Source: Candidatus Woesearchaeota archaeon (GTDB lineage: Archaea > Nanobdellota > Nanobdellia > Woesearchaeales > JAGLXL01). Taken from it: a stretch of DNA of 64,000 bases. Positions 1 through 10,073 of this stretch are shown here, in pieces; position 1 is the stretch's first letter, and every line of letters starts with the position of its first letter. Below the pieces are notes generated by a model. It searched no databases, was not told where the DNA came from, and was given only the letters and a program-made list of their open reading frames with translations. A program made the position numbers and the translations under genes. The stretch is taken from NCBI GenBank assembly GCA_030640025.1, contig DAOWKC010000002.1, positions 4,029 to 68,028 of the forward strand. Reading direction: 5' to 3'.

Positions 1-754
1 TCGAAATTGAGTGGGATGAGATAAAGGCTTTCAATATCAGGAGCGCTGATGACGTATTCGCTGCCAATATTGGCGTAGGTTTCAATTTTCTTTTTTCTAG
101 GTGCATCCAAGGACTCCTTGGCGCGGCAAAGGATTAAATCAGGAAAGATAGTATTTTCAGAAAGCATTTTAATGGCTTGTTGGGTGGGTTTGGTTTTGGC
201 TTCATTAATGTGGGAGGGAACAGGGAGATAAGAGACAAGGATGTAGAGAACATTTTCCTTACCCAAATCTTTTTCTAAACTTTTGGCAGCAAAAAGAAAA
301 GGAATGTTTTCATAGTCACCAATAGTGCCGCCAATTTCGATGGTGACAATATCAAAACCCTTGCCAGCTTCAATGATCCTTCTTTTGACTTCTTCTGGAA
401 CATGGGGTATGAATTGAACTGTCTGGCCGAGGTATTGTCCAGAACGTTCTTTTTTGATGATAGTATCATAAATTTGGCCAGTGGTGATGTTGTTGAGCTT
501 AGGAATATCCAATCCGAGGAAGCGTTCATAATTGCCTAAATCCTGGTCGATTTCACCGCCATCATCAGTGACCCAGACTTCTCCATGTTCAGTTGGTCTT
601 AAGGTACCGGCATCAAAGTTGATGTAGGGGTCTATCTTAACAGCAGTGACTTTAAAACCATATTCCTGGAGTATTTTTCCTATAGAAGCAGTAGCCACGC
701 CTTTGCCCACACCAGAGATAACACCACCAACAACAAAAATATATTTGGTTTGCA
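1..754 (-). CDS. pyrG: CTP synthase (N-terminal part; gene runs off the window start)
   Basis: Reverse-strand translation starting at the ATG ending at 754 gives MQTKYIFVVGGVISGVGKGVATASIGKILQEYGFKVTAVKIDPYINFDAGT..., the canonical CTP synthase N-terminus, followed by the ...EIGGTIGD... region. It is truncated at position 1. Confidence 0.85.
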
Positions 755-816
755 TATTAAAGAGAATTTTGGCCTATTTAAAAAGATTGTTATAAAGAAA
801 ACTATATTTCTTACTT

Positions 817-1209
817 GTGATAAATTATAAAAATACGGGGGTTCTTAGAGTTCTTATGACAGACTTAATTGCTTGTCTTTCGACTGGAAAAGGGACTTGG
901 GCTCATGTCTCTCAGTTGATTGCTCAGGAAGATTGGAACAATGTTTTTTTGGTGACTAATGATTTTGGCCTGAGGTTTGATACCCGGGGAAAGGGAGAGT
1001 TTGTGGTGACTAATTTTGACAAAGGAATTGATTCTATGGTTGAAGATATTGTTAAGCAGTTGCAAGGAAAGTTAAAGGGTTTTGAAGTTGCTTTGAATTT
1101 AGCTTCTGGTTCAGGTAAGGAACATATGGCTATTATTTCTGCTTTGATTAAGATGGGGGTGGGTTTTAGGTTAGTGGTATTAACAAAAGAAGGAATTAAA
1201 GAAATCTAA
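817..1209 (+). CDS. hypothetical protein (130 aa; start may be the internal Met at about 856)
   Basis: Intact ORF filling the intergenic space, with no recognisable motif. Confidence 0.4.
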   Translation: MINYKNTGVLRVLMTDLIACLSTGKGTWAHVSQLIAQEDWNNVFLVTNDFGLRFDTRGKGEFVVTNFDKGIDSMVEDIVKQLQGKLKGFEVALNLASGSGKEHMAIISALIKMGVGFRLVVLTKEGIKEI

Positions 1210-2003
1210 TCCATGATTTTATACCATTGAAGGATAGCTCGATCAGTGGCTTTGAGAAGATCGTATTCTTTGCCTTTGAGGACGAGGCAATTGCCTTTTA
1301 ATTCAACGGCTGGGCCATCATCATAATTAAAGTAGACAACTGGTTTTTTAGTGTTGGTGCAGTTAATGATGGGTCGGTCTCGGCAGGCATCAGTTTCATT
1401 GATGGTACAAGCGCCAACTGGTTTTCTTTGGATGATAACAGCAAGGTTTTGGGTTAATTCTCCGATTGAGGTTGAGATGTAGTCGCTAGTTATTAAAGGG
1501 TCAAAAGTGATGTAAATATCTCCATATTGAAAGGTGGGATGGAGTTCTCCAGTAACTTCAACATCTTCGAGGTCTTTTGGTCCGAAGTGGAGCGGGATTT
1601 GGAAGATTTTGTTGTCCTGCTGAACTTCAGTATACCAAAGGCCTTGGTACAAGATGAAAGAATAGCCGTTGTAGATGTAACCTTCTTCTTCTGGCAGTTC
1701 TCCTTGAAGGTTTTGTTGGAAAAGGTCAGTGATGGTGATAACTTGACCAGTTGGTGGAAAGAAATAATTTTTAATTGGGACAAAAGCAATGATGGCGAGG
1801 AAGATGATGGCAATAGCTGCAACCATAATAATAAATTTTTTAGGAATAGTTGATTTGACTTCTTCTTCTGTGGTAACCTTTTCTATTTGAGGTTCTGTTG
1901 TTTCTGGAGGAACCTCTGGATTCTCCTTCTCAGTTCCGATCTGGGGTTCTTCTTCTGGTTCTTTATCAAGCGGTTCTATTTTGATTTCATCCATTGATAA
2001 CAC
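1206..2003 (-). CDS. membrane-anchored secreted protein, paralog A (acidic Pro/Glu-rich N-terminus, one TM helix)
   Basis: ORF with a PEEEPQ-rich N-terminus, a hydrophobic stretch IIMVAAIAIIFLAIIAFV, and a C-terminal domain sharing YITFDP / VYFNYDDGPAVELKGNC-type blocks with the downstream neighbour. Confidence 0.55.
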   Translation of the reverse strand: MLSMDEIKIEPLDKEPEEEPQIGTEKENPEVPPETTEPQIEKVTTEEEVKSTIPKKFIIMVAAIAIIFLAIIAFVPIKNYFFPPTGQVITITDLFQQNLQGELPEEEGYIYNGYSFILYQGLWYTEVQQDNKIFQIPLHFGPKDLEDVEVTGELHPTFQYGDIYITFDPLITSDYISTSIGELTQNLAVIIQRKPVGACTINETDACRDRPIINCTNTKKPVVYFNYDDGPAVELKGNCLVLKGKEYDLLKATDRAILQWYKIMD

Positions 2004-2562
2004 CCGTAAGATGATAGATAATTCTTTCAGTTAATCTAAGATAATCAATATTTGATTGGGCGTTGAGTATATAACAATTATTGTTGTAGTCTATATAAGT
2101 TTCATTTGATTCTTGGTATTTAATAACTGGAATGTAAGCAGAGGCGTTTTGGCAAGTGGTGATGGGAAGGTCGTATTCTTCTGAAGTATCTAAGATACCG
2201 TGAGAGAAATAAATATTAGTCAATTGGCTGGTGAGGTCTAATTTTAAACGGGACAAAGCAATATATTCGTTTGTGGCGTTAGGGTCGAAAGTGACGTAGA
2301 TTAAAGGTGAATTAAGATTTTCTGGATTAGGGACTTCTATATCTTCTAATTCTGCTGGATGACTGTAAAAGTTCATGGCGTAGTTATTGATGGTGGTGGT
2401 CCACTGACCATTTTGGAACTGAAATCTGAAATCATTGTATTTTGATGGAGTGGCTTCATCGCTATCCATACCGATTAAAACAGAACTAAAAATCATAGAA
2501 AGAATAGCTACAACAGCGACAATGAGTAAGAGTATTTTAGCATAATTTTTTCTTTTTTTCAT
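1987..2562 (-). CDS. membrane-anchored secreted protein, paralog B
   Basis: N-terminal MKKRK plus the hydrophobic anchor ILLLIVAVVAILSMIF. The VTFDP...EYIALS..LT block is similar to the ITFDP...DYISTS..LT block of ORF 1206..2003, so this is a tandem paralog. Confidence 0.55.
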   Translation of the reverse strand: MKKRKNYAKILLLIVAVVAILSMIFSSVLIGMDSDEATPSKYNDFRFQFQNGQWTTTINNYAMNFYSHPAELEDIEVPNPENLNSPLIYVTFDPNATNEYIALSRLKLDLTSQLTNIYFSHGILDTSEEYDLPITTCQNASAYIPVIKYQESNETYIDYNNNCYILNAQSNIDYLRLTERIIYHLTGVING

Positions 2563-2667
2563 GAATTTTCACTCCATTCAAATTCACTTACTGGTGCTCA
2601 CTTTGTTCAGCAAGTTTTGGAAAACTAAGTTTTCCAAACCGTTGAAAACCAGAGGTTTTCATAAGTT

Positions 2668-3603
2668 TCATTTTTGCATCTTTTTGAGATAATTGTTTAA
2701 TGAGACTTTGACTTGGTCTTTTAAATCTTTTTCTATATTCAATTGGTCTATTTGTTTCTGCCAGTTGATTTTGGGTAATTTGGTTAAGGTTGAGGTGAAT
2801 TTTCGATTAGCTTTTTTAACTTCATTTTCAATTTGATGGGAAAATTTAGTATTAAATAATTTAATGGAAGGGAATTTAGTGATGGAATCTGCGCCAGCTT
2901 CAAGAAGTTGGTGGATTTCATTGAGGCGGTTGACCCAAGAACCAGCGATGATTTGGAGTTGAGGGAAGGTTTTTCTGGTTTGTTTGATCCATTTAATATA
3001 ATAATTTGTTTTGGGGCCTTTTTTGAAAGGTGTTCCTGGGTGGGGGTTTAAGGCGTATAAAGTGATTCTATCTATTTTGTGTTTTTTGATGAAGTTTTTT
3101 AGCAGGGGGAAGTCGTTTAAGGTTTCTCCTAAACCAATGATTAAGGTCATTGATTTTTTGAGTTTGAGTTTGTTGCATAAATTGAACATGTTCTCAATTG
3201 GTTTGATTGGTTTAGAAGGGCAGATTTTTTTATGGAGTCGGGGGTTGATGACTTCAATGGCGCCAGTAATGCCTTGGATGTAAGGTTTGAATTTTTTTAG
3301 TTCTGATTCTTTTAAAACGCCGATGTTTAACCAGAGTTTTTTCTTGTTGATTTGTTTGATGATTTTGGTGATATTGACAAGTTCTTCTAGGGTATGAGAT
3401 TCATAGCCGCCTGACAAAAATTCGATTTCCCAACCGCAGGCTTTGCAGATTAAAGCTTCGGCGATGATTGAGGCGAGTTTTCTTCTGGCTAATCTGGGAT
3501 TTTTAATTTTATTTTTTTGAGTTGACATGTAGCAGAATTTGCAATCGCCTTTAGCGCAATACCAAGAAAGGAAAATGGCACGTTCGAAGTGAGTTGGTTT
3601 CAT
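2668..3603 (-). CDS. radical SAM domain protein (BioB/ThiH-like fold; unusual Cx4Cx2C cysteine spacing)
   Basis: N-terminal YCAKGDCKFCYMS cysteine triad, followed by a glycine-rich SAM motif (FLSGGYES) and a TIM-barrel-like length of 311 aa. Confidence 0.6.
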   Translation of the reverse strand: MKPTHFERAIFLSWYCAKGDCKFCYMSTQKNKIKNPRLARRKLASIIAEALICKACGWEIEFLSGGYESHTLEELVNITKIIKQINKKKLWLNIGVLKESELKKFKPYIQGITGAIEVINPRLHKKICPSKPIKPIENMFNLCNKLKLKKSMTLIIGLGETLNDFPLLKNFIKKHKIDRITLYALNPHPGTPFKKGPKTNYYIKWIKQTRKTFPQLQIIAGSWVNRLNEIHQLLEAGADSITKFPSIKLFNTKFSHQIENEVKKANRKFTSTLTKLPKINWQKQIDQLNIEKDLKDQVKVSLNNYLKKMQK

Positions 3604-3605
3604 GG

Positions 3606-3683
3606 TGGAAGCCCCCGAGGAGATTTGAACTCCCGACCCTCAGTTTACGAGACTGATGCTCTGCCGGACTGAGCTACAGGGGC
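3606..3683 (-). tRNA. tRNA-Thr(CGT)
   Basis: The reverse complement folds as a cloverleaf: acceptor GCCCCUG/CGGGGGC, D-arm GUAGCUCAGUCCGGCAGAGC, anticodon stem UCAGU/ACUGA with loop CUCGUAA (anticodon CGU), and T-arm GGGAGUUCAAAUCUCC. CCA is not encoded separately, because the start codon of the radical SAM gene abuts it. Confidence 0.8.
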
Positions 3684-3688
3684 GAGGT

Positions 3689-3847
3689 TTAGATTTTTTC
3701 TAAGAGCTCTTCCTTTTTTGGGTGTTTCTTTTGGCAGTCTGGGCAGAGATAGTGTGGTTTACTGCTGCCGGGTTTTTTGATGATGGTGCCTTTGATTTTA
3801 CTGAGGAAGATTTCTTCGATTTTGTTTTTGCAAATTTCGCATTTCAT
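3689..3847 (-). CDS. small zinc-ribbon protein (CxxC...CxxC)
   Basis: MKCEICKNK...YLCPDCQKKH, with two CxxC pairs. The start is placed at the internal Met of the 77-aa ORF. Confidence 0.45.
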   Translation of the reverse strand: MKCEICKNKIEEIFLSKIKGTIIKKPGSSKPHYLCPDCQKKHPKKEELLEKI

Positions 3848-3920
3848 ATCAGGGTTTTGAGGTTGAGAGTTTATATAAGTTTTGTTAAAGTTTATAAAAA
3901 GAAAAAGAATTCTAAAGTTC

Positions 3921-4382
3921 ATGTACCCACAAACTCATTTTTTAACAGCGCTGTTCTTGGCCTTGATTTTAGTAAAGTTAGAAGTTTTGGGTTATTACGG
4001 AGCTTTGGTTTGTGCGATATTGGCAGTTTTGATGGATTTAGACCATTGGATTGCTTTTGTATTTAAGAAGCACAAAGTTAGTTTTTTGAAAGCCTGGAAT
4101 GCAGCAACAGTAAAGCATGCAGATTGGGAAAGAACTTTTGTCCATCATAAACTAGGGTTTGGGATTGTGTCAGTTATTCTTTTGATATTCTTGTTGTTTA
4201 ACAGATTGGTTTTTTGGGTAGTGGGAATTGCTTATTATTCGCATATGTTTTTAGATTATGTCCATGGAGTTGAAAGGAAAAAATATAGATTCAGAGAACT
4301 GGGATTTTTCTTTGAGATAACTTGGTTTGAATTGGCTTTGGATGTTGTTTTATTGATTGGGATTGTTCTGATTTTGGTATAA
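3921..4382 (+). CDS. membrane-bound metal-dependent hydrolase-like protein (DUF457/YdjM-like)
   Basis: Multi-TM ORF with an LMDLDHW / HMFLDYVHG histidine-aspartate pattern typical of membrane-embedded hydrolase folds. Start inferred at MYPQTHFL. Confidence 0.4.
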   Translation: MYPQTHFLTALFLALILVKLEVLGYYGALVCAILAVLMDLDHWIAFVFKKHKVSFLKAWNAATVKHADWERTFVHHKLGFGIVSVILLIFLLFNRLVFWVVGIAYYSHMFLDYVHGVERKKYRFRELGFFFEITWFELALDVVLLIGIVLILV

Positions 4383-4415
4383 ATATTTAAATATGTTGAA
4401 GTAAAGCTTAGACTT

Positions 4416-6179
4416 ATGGCTAAAAGGATTTGTGTAGTAGAAAGAGAAAAATGTCATCCGACTAAATGTGGTGATTATTTGTGTAAAAAGCTGTGTCCAG
4501 TGAATCGGACTGGCAAAGATTGCATTACAGTTAATGAGGATGACAAAAAGGTCAGGATAGATGAATCCCTATGCACTGGCTGCGGCATTTGTCCAAAGAG
4601 GTGTCCTTTTGGTGCATTGCATATTGTAAATTTGCCTGAAGCACTTGAGAAAGACCCAATTCATAGGTATGGAGAGAATCAATTTGAATTGTTTTCTTTG
4701 CCAACACCGGTTTTTGGCAAGGTGGTTGGTATTGTTGGCCGTAATGCGGTGGGTAAGTCGACAGCGATAAAAATATTAGCTGGTGTTTTGAAACCGAATT
4801 TAGGTCAGGTAGGTGGTGAGGCTGATTTTAAGGATTTGATTGATTATTTCAAGGGTTCTGAGATTCAAACTTTTTTGGAGAAAGTCAGGGACGGTGAAAT
4901 CAGGATCTCTTACAAGCCGCAGCAAGTTGATTTGATTCCGAAAAAGTTTGCAGGAAAAGTTGGAGATTTGCTTCGTGGTGTGAATGAAACAGGTGAGATG
5001 GACAAGATTGTTTCAGAATTGGATTTAGGGAATATTTTGGATAGGAAATTGCGTGAGATTTCTGGCGGTGAACTGCAGAGAGTGGCGATTGCGGCAACTG
5101 TTCTTAAGAAGGCTAATCTGTATATTTTTGATGAGCCAACTTCTTATATGGATATTAAACAAAGACTGAAAGTTAGCAAATTCATCCGTGGGTTGGCAAA
5201 AGCTGATACTGCTGTTTTAGTAATTGAACACGATTTGATTATTTTAGATTACATGACAGATTTAGTCCATATTATGTATGGTCGGGAAGGAGTTTATGGG
5301 ATTGTATCTGGATTGAAAAGCACTCGAGAAGGCATTAATACTTTTTTAGAAGGATATTTGCGGGAAGAGAATATCAGATTTAGGGATCATACAATCAAGT
5401 TTGAAAGAGTGCCGACTGTTGATCGAGGCGGGTCAATGGTTTTATGTTCTTGGAAGGATGTGGAGAAAAGATTAGATAGTTTTAGTTTGAAGGCTAAAGG
5501 GGGAGAGATTTTCAAGAATGATGTGATTGGGGTTTTAGGCGAAAATGGAATTGGGAAGACGTCTTTTGTGAAAATATTGGCCGGGGTTTTGGAAGCTGAT
5601 AAAGGTTCGGTGGGGTATGAAGTAACAGTGGCTTACAAGCCACAATATTTAGAAGCTGAAAGTGAGGCCACGGTGTTAGAAGTTTTGCAAGAGGCGATTT
5701 CGAAATATAATAATCAAATCATCAAACCTTTGAATATTCCACGATTGTTTATGAAAAAATTAAATCAGTTATCTGGTGGTGAGCTGCAGAGAGTGGCAAT
5801 TGCCAAGACTTTGGCTGAAGAGGCTGGTTTGTTTTTGCTGGATGAGCCGTCTGCTTATTTAGATGTTGAGCAGAGATTGTTGATTTCTAAGATTATTAAG
5901 CAAGTGGCTGAGGAACGGGAGGTAACGGTTTTAGTGGTTGACCATGATTTATTGTTTTTAGATTATTTATCAAACAAATTAATGGTGTTTGATGGTGAGC
6001 CAGCGATTTCTGGAGAGGCGAAGGGGCCTTTTAAGATGGAAGAGGGCATGAATATGTTTTTGAAAGATTTGGGGATTACTTTTAGACGGGATGTTAATTC
6101 TAACCGGCCTCGGGCAAATAAGGTTAATTCTGTTAAAGATCGTGAGCAGAAGAAAGAAGGGAAGTATTATTATTCTTGA
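4416..6179 (+). CDS. abcE1: ABCE1 / RNase L inhibitor-type ribosome recycling ATPase
   Basis: N-terminal 4Fe-4S ferredoxin cysteine clusters (CHPTKCGDYLCKKLCP ... CTGCGICPKRCPF), followed by two ABC cassettes with Walker A GRNAVGKST and GENGIGKTS and the signature LSGGELQRVAIA twice. Confidence 0.9.
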   Translation: MAKRICVVEREKCHPTKCGDYLCKKLCPVNRTGKDCITVNEDDKKVRIDESLCTGCGICPKRCPFGALHIVNLPEALEKDPIHRYGENQFELFSLPTPVFGKVVGIVGRNAVGKSTAIKILAGVLKPNLGQVGGEADFKDLIDYFKGSEIQTFLEKVRDGEIRISYKPQQVDLIPKKFAGKVGDLLRGVNETGEMDKIVSELDLGNILDRKLREISGGELQRVAIAATVLKKANLYIFDEPTSYMDIKQRLKVSKFIRGLAKADTAVLVIEHDLIILDYMTDLVHIMYGREGVYGIVSGLKSTREGINTFLEGYLREENIRFRDHTIKFERVPTVDRGGSMVLCSWKDVEKRLDSFSLKAKGGEIFKNDVIGVLGENGIGKTSFVKILAGVLEADKGSVGYEVTVAYKPQYLEAESEATVLEVLQEAISKYNNQIIKPLNIPRLFMKKLNQLSGGELQRVAIAKTLAEEAGLFLLDEPSAYLDVEQRLLISKIIKQVAEEREVTVLVVDHDLLFLDYLSNKLMVFDGEPAISGEAKGPFKMEEGMNMFLKDLGITFRRDVNSNRPRANKVNSVKDREQKKEGKYYYS

Positions 6180-6310
6180 ATAAACTGAGAGAACTTAATT
6201 TCTTAAAAATTAAGTTCTTTGGTATACAAAAGTATGGAATAAAAATTCCATACTTTAAGTAAAATTTAGTTTAGTAACGCTTATATATGCTAATTTTTTG
6301 ATTTTAAGAT

Positions 6311-8074
6311 ATGTGTGGTATTATTGGTTATAAAGGGGGCAAGAACGCTGTTAAAGTTGTTTTGAATGGTTTGAAGCGGCTTGAGTACAGAGGTTATGAC
6401 AGCTGGGGAATTGCGGTAAAAGATGGGAATATTAGAACAGTTAAAGATATAGGTAAAATTGGAGCTGTTTCTGAAGAAGATTTGAAATTGGGTTCGGCTC
6501 AGATGGCAATTGCGCACACTCGTTGGAGCACGCATGGAGAAGTTAATCAGATCAATGCTCATCCTCATCTTTCCAATAATAAAAGAATTGCAGTAGTGCA
6601 CAATGGGATTGTAGAAAATTATGTCAAGCTGCGTGAGTTTTTGAAAGAAAATAATTTTGAGTTTTATTCCGGGACTGATACAGAAGTGATTCCAAATTTA
6701 ATTGAGTTTTTTATGGAAGAAGGAGTTAGTTTTAAGGGAGGTGTTTCTAAGGCTTTGGCAATGTTAGAAGGGAGTTTTGCAATTGTAGCAATGCATCAAG
6801 ATTATCCTGAAATAATTGGGGCTCGAAATGGAAGTCCATTAGTGGTAGGCAGAAACAATGGTGGATTTTTTATTGCTTCTGATGTACCAGCTTTTTTAGA
6901 TTTGACCAATGAGGTTTGTTATTTAGATGACAAGGAAATGGTAATTGTTGGTGAAGGAATTGATTTTTTTGATTTGAGTGGAGTTAAGAAGGAAAAAGAA
7001 TTTCAGTTTATTGACTGGACACTTGAGCAAGCTGAGAAAGGAAATTATGATCATTTTATGCTGAAAGAGATTATGGAGCAGAAAGAAACTATCAAGAAAT
7101 CAATTGAACAAGATGATAAAAAAATTTTAGAGATGGCTGATTTGATTAAAGAAGGTTATGGGGTTTTTTTTGTGGCTTGTGGAACTGCTTCGTATGCGAC
7201 CCGCATTGGCGGTTATTTATTTTCTAAGATTGCCAAGAAGCACGTCAATGTAGTTTGTGGTTCGGAGTTTCCTTATTACAAAGATTTTTTGACAGATAAA
7301 ACTTTGATGATAGTTGTTTCACAGAGCGGTGAGACAGCTGATACAATTGGAGCGGTCAAAGTGGCCAAAGAAAAAGGTGTTAAAGTTCTTTCGATAGTTA
7401 ATGTGATGGGTTCGACTTTGATGAGAATGGCTGATTATTCTTTTTTAACGAATGCTGGTCCTGAGATTGGGGTGGCTTCGACAAAAGCGACCACAGCTCA
7501 AATTGCACTTTTGACTTTGCTGGCTTATGCTTGTAATGGCGGTCTTGAGGAGGGCAAAGAAGTTTTGAAGAAGTGTGTTGAAGAGTCACAAGAATTGTTT
7601 GATTCTAAATTTGTTGACAAGATTGAGGGGCTGGCAGATAAGATTGTGAATTATAATGACATTTATGTAATTGGCCGCGGCACTAATTTTCCTGTGGCTT
7701 TAGAAGCAGCGCACAAAATCAAAGAGGTTTCTTATATTCATGCTGAGGGTATGGCTGGCGGTGAATTAAAGCATGGAACAATTGCTTTGATTGATAAGGG
7801 AACACCATGTATTTGTATGGTTTCTAATGATGAAGCTAAAAATGACATTATTTCAAATGCCATGGAGATAAAGTCTCGAGGTGGATTTATTATTGGTATT
7901 TCTCCAGAAGACAATGAGATCTTTGATTTTCATGTTAAAGTACCAGATGTAGGCGAGGCATCAGCCATTGTTAATTTAATTCCAGCGCAGATGCTGGCTT
8001 ATTATTTGGCGGTAAAGAAAGGTTTTAATCCAGACTTTCCTAAAAACCTTGCAAAATGCGTAACAGTCAAATGA
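6311..8074 (+). CDS. glmS: glutamine--fructose-6-phosphate aminotransferase (isomerizing)
   Basis: MCGIIGY N-terminal nucleophile, a GATase class II domain, and two SIS domains. 587 aa. Confidence 0.9.
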   Translation: MCGIIGYKGGKNAVKVVLNGLKRLEYRGYDSWGIAVKDGNIRTVKDIGKIGAVSEEDLKLGSAQMAIAHTRWSTHGEVNQINAHPHLSNNKRIAVVHNGIVENYVKLREFLKENNFEFYSGTDTEVIPNLIEFFMEEGVSFKGGVSKALAMLEGSFAIVAMHQDYPEIIGARNGSPLVVGRNNGGFFIASDVPAFLDLTNEVCYLDDKEMVIVGEGIDFFDLSGVKKEKEFQFIDWTLEQAEKGNYDHFMLKEIMEQKETIKKSIEQDDKKILEMADLIKEGYGVFFVACGTASYATRIGGYLFSKIAKKHVNVVCGSEFPYYKDFLTDKTLMIVVSQSGETADTIGAVKVAKEKGVKVLSIVNVMGSTLMRMADYSFLTNAGPEIGVASTKATTAQIALLTLLAYACNGGLEEGKEVLKKCVEESQELFDSKFVDKIEGLADKIVNYNDIYVIGRGTNFPVALEAAHKIKEVSYIHAEGMAGGELKHGTIALIDKGTPCICMVSNDEAKNDIISNAMEIKSRGGFIIGISPEDNEIFDFHVKVPDVGEASAIVNLIPAQMLAYYLAVKKGFNPDFPKNLAKCVTVK

Positions 8075-8703
8075 AAATTAAAGCGGTTATTTTTGATAAA
8101 GATGGTGTTTTGATTGACACTGTAAAATTTAATATTGAGGCTGCAGTTAGAACTTTTAGGGAAAGTGGGATTGAATTGGATGAAGATGATAAAAAGACTG
8201 TCATTGGCAGACATCCGGCTGATTTCTATAAAATTTTAGAAAAAAAATACAAATTTGATTATGAAAAATCAAGAGAAAGACAAAGATTTCATTATTTTCA
8301 ACTTTATGAAAAAATTAAGTTATATGATGGAGCAAAAGAATTAATTTTGGCTTTGAAGAAAAAAGAATTGAAATTGGCTTTAGCAACTTCGTCTGGAGAA
8401 AAGGGGGTTAATATATTTTTTGATAAATTTGGTTTGAAGAAATTTTTTGATGAAGTGGTTACTTTTAAAGATTGTAAAGAGAGGAAGCCAGCTCCAGATA
8501 TTTATTTGGTAACAGCTGAAAGATTGGACATTTTACCAGAAGAGTGTTTGGTTTTTGAAGATTCTCCAGTAGGTGTGAAGGCGGCGAAAAGAGCGGGGAT
8601 GAAATGTGTAGCTGTGACATATTCTTCTTCTAAAGATGAATTAAAAGAAGCAGATTATATCATAAGTAATTTAAATGAATTTAAGTATGAATGGTTAGAA
8701 TGA
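8071..8703 (+). CDS. HAD-IA family hydrolase (beta-phosphoglucomutase/phosphatase-like)
   Basis: The AVIFDKDGVLIDT motif I plus SSG and ..FEDSPVGVKAAKRAGM (motifs III/IV). The gene sits between glmS and glmM. Confidence 0.7.
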   Translation: MKIKAVIFDKDGVLIDTVKFNIEAAVRTFRESGIELDEDDKKTVIGRHPADFYKILEKKYKFDYEKSRERQRFHYFQLYEKIKLYDGAKELILALKKKELKLALATSSGEKGVNIFFDKFGLKKFFDEVVTFKDCKERKPAPDIYLVTAERLDILPEECLVFEDSPVGVKAAKRAGMKCVAVTYSSSKDELKEADYIISNLNEFKYEWLE

Positions 8704-10073
8704 GCAGAGATTTATTTGGAACAGATGGTATTCGGGGAAAAGCAAATGTTCATCCAATGACGGTAGATATAGCGATGCTGATTGGCAAGGCAGCTGGTCT
8801 GGTTTTTAAGAATGGTGGTAGGAAGAGCAAGATTATTATTGGGAAAGATACGCGGTTGAGTGGTTATATGATTGAATCAGCTCTGGCTGCTGGTTTATTG
8901 TCGACTGGGGTTGAGGTTTATTTTGTAGGGCCAATGCCAACTCCAGCAATTGCCCATATTACCAAATCTTTTGCAGCTGATGCTGGAATTGTGATTTCTG
9001 CTTCTCATAATCCTTATGAAGATAATGGCATTAAGTTTTTTGATGGGAAGGGTTTTAAATTGCCAGATGAGATGGAGGCGCGGATGGAAGATTTAGTTCG
9101 GAGTGAGATTGATACAAAAGAGATTACTGGTGAGATGGTGGGCAAGGCCCACAGAATTGGTGATGCTCGCGGTCGTTATATAGAATTTGCTAAAAATTCT
9201 ATTAGTAATATGAGTTTGAAAGGCTTGAAGATTATTTTGGACTGTGCTAATGGAGCAACTTATCATGTAACCAAGTATATTTTGAATGAATTAGGAGCTG
9301 AGGTAGTTTTAAAGAATGTTAAGCCAGACGGGAAAAATATTAATGAAAAATGCGGAGCAATGCATCCGGAATTATTGAAAAATGATGTTTTGATTGAGAA
9401 AGCTGATTTGGCAATTGCCTTAGATGGTGATGGTGACAGAGTGATCATGTTAGATGAAACTGGTGAAGTTGTTTGTGGTGATAGGATTATGGCAATTGCT
9501 GCTACTGAAATGCTAAAATCAGGGAAATTGAAAGGCAATACCTTAGTAGTTACTAATTATAGTAATGTGGGTTTGGTAAAATGTGTTGAAGAAGCTGGCG
9601 GCCAGGTTGTTCGAGTTAAGAATGGTGACAGATATGTGGTTGAAGAGATGCGGCGCAAGGGTTATAATTTGGGCGGCGAGCAATCGGGACATATTATATT
9701 TTTAGATCATACAACAACTGGTGATGGAACCATTTCTGCATTACAGATTTTGAGGATGATGAAGAAGACTGGAAAAAGGTTGTCAGAGTTGGGTTCATGT
9801 ATGAATAAATTTCCTCAAATTAATTTGGGAGTTGAAGTTGCTGAGAAAAAGCCACTTGAGGAGATGGCTGGTTTACAGATATTAGTTAAAGAGATTAATG
9901 GAAAACTGTCTGGTCGAGGTCGGTTGTTAATTCGTTATTCTGGGACGCAAAATATATTAAGGATAATGGTTGAAGGTGAGAATGAAGAGGAAATAGGAAA
10001 CTATGCTGAAGAGATTGCTACTGAAGTTAAAAAGGAAATCGAAAATGCAAGCGGTAATTCTAGCGGCTGGTAA
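8691..10073 (+). CDS. glmM: phosphoglucosamine mutase / phosphohexomutase family
   Basis: LFGTDGIRG start, the active-site phosphoserine loop SASHNPYEDNGIKFF, and a Mg-binding DGDGDR motif. Confidence 0.85.
   Translation: MVRMSRDLFGTDGIRGKANVHPMTVDIAMLIGKAAGLVFKNGGRKSKIIIGKDTRLSGYMIESALAAGLLSTGVEVYFVGPMPTPAIAHITKSFAADAGIVISASHNPYEDNGIKFFDGKGFKLPDEMEARMEDLVRSEIDTKEITGEMVGKAHRIGDARGRYIEFAKNSISNMSLKGLKIILDCANGATYHVTKYILNELGAEVVLKNVKPDGKNINEKCGAMHPELLKNDVLIEKADLAIALDGDGDRVIMLDETGEVVCGDRIMAIAATEMLKSGKLKGNTLVVTNYSNVGLVKCVEEAGGQVVRVKNGDRYVVEEMRRKGYNLGGEQSGHIIFLDHTTTGDGTISALQILRMMKKTGKRLSELGSCMNKFPQINLGVEVAEKKPLEEMAGLQILVKEINGKLSGRGRLLIRYSGTQNILRIMVEGENEEEIGNYAEEIATEVKKEIENASGNSSGW

Noticed and set aside
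275-529. 84-aa ORF on the minus strand
   Set aside because: It lies entirely inside the pyrG coding region in a different frame. It is low-complexity, with no motif.
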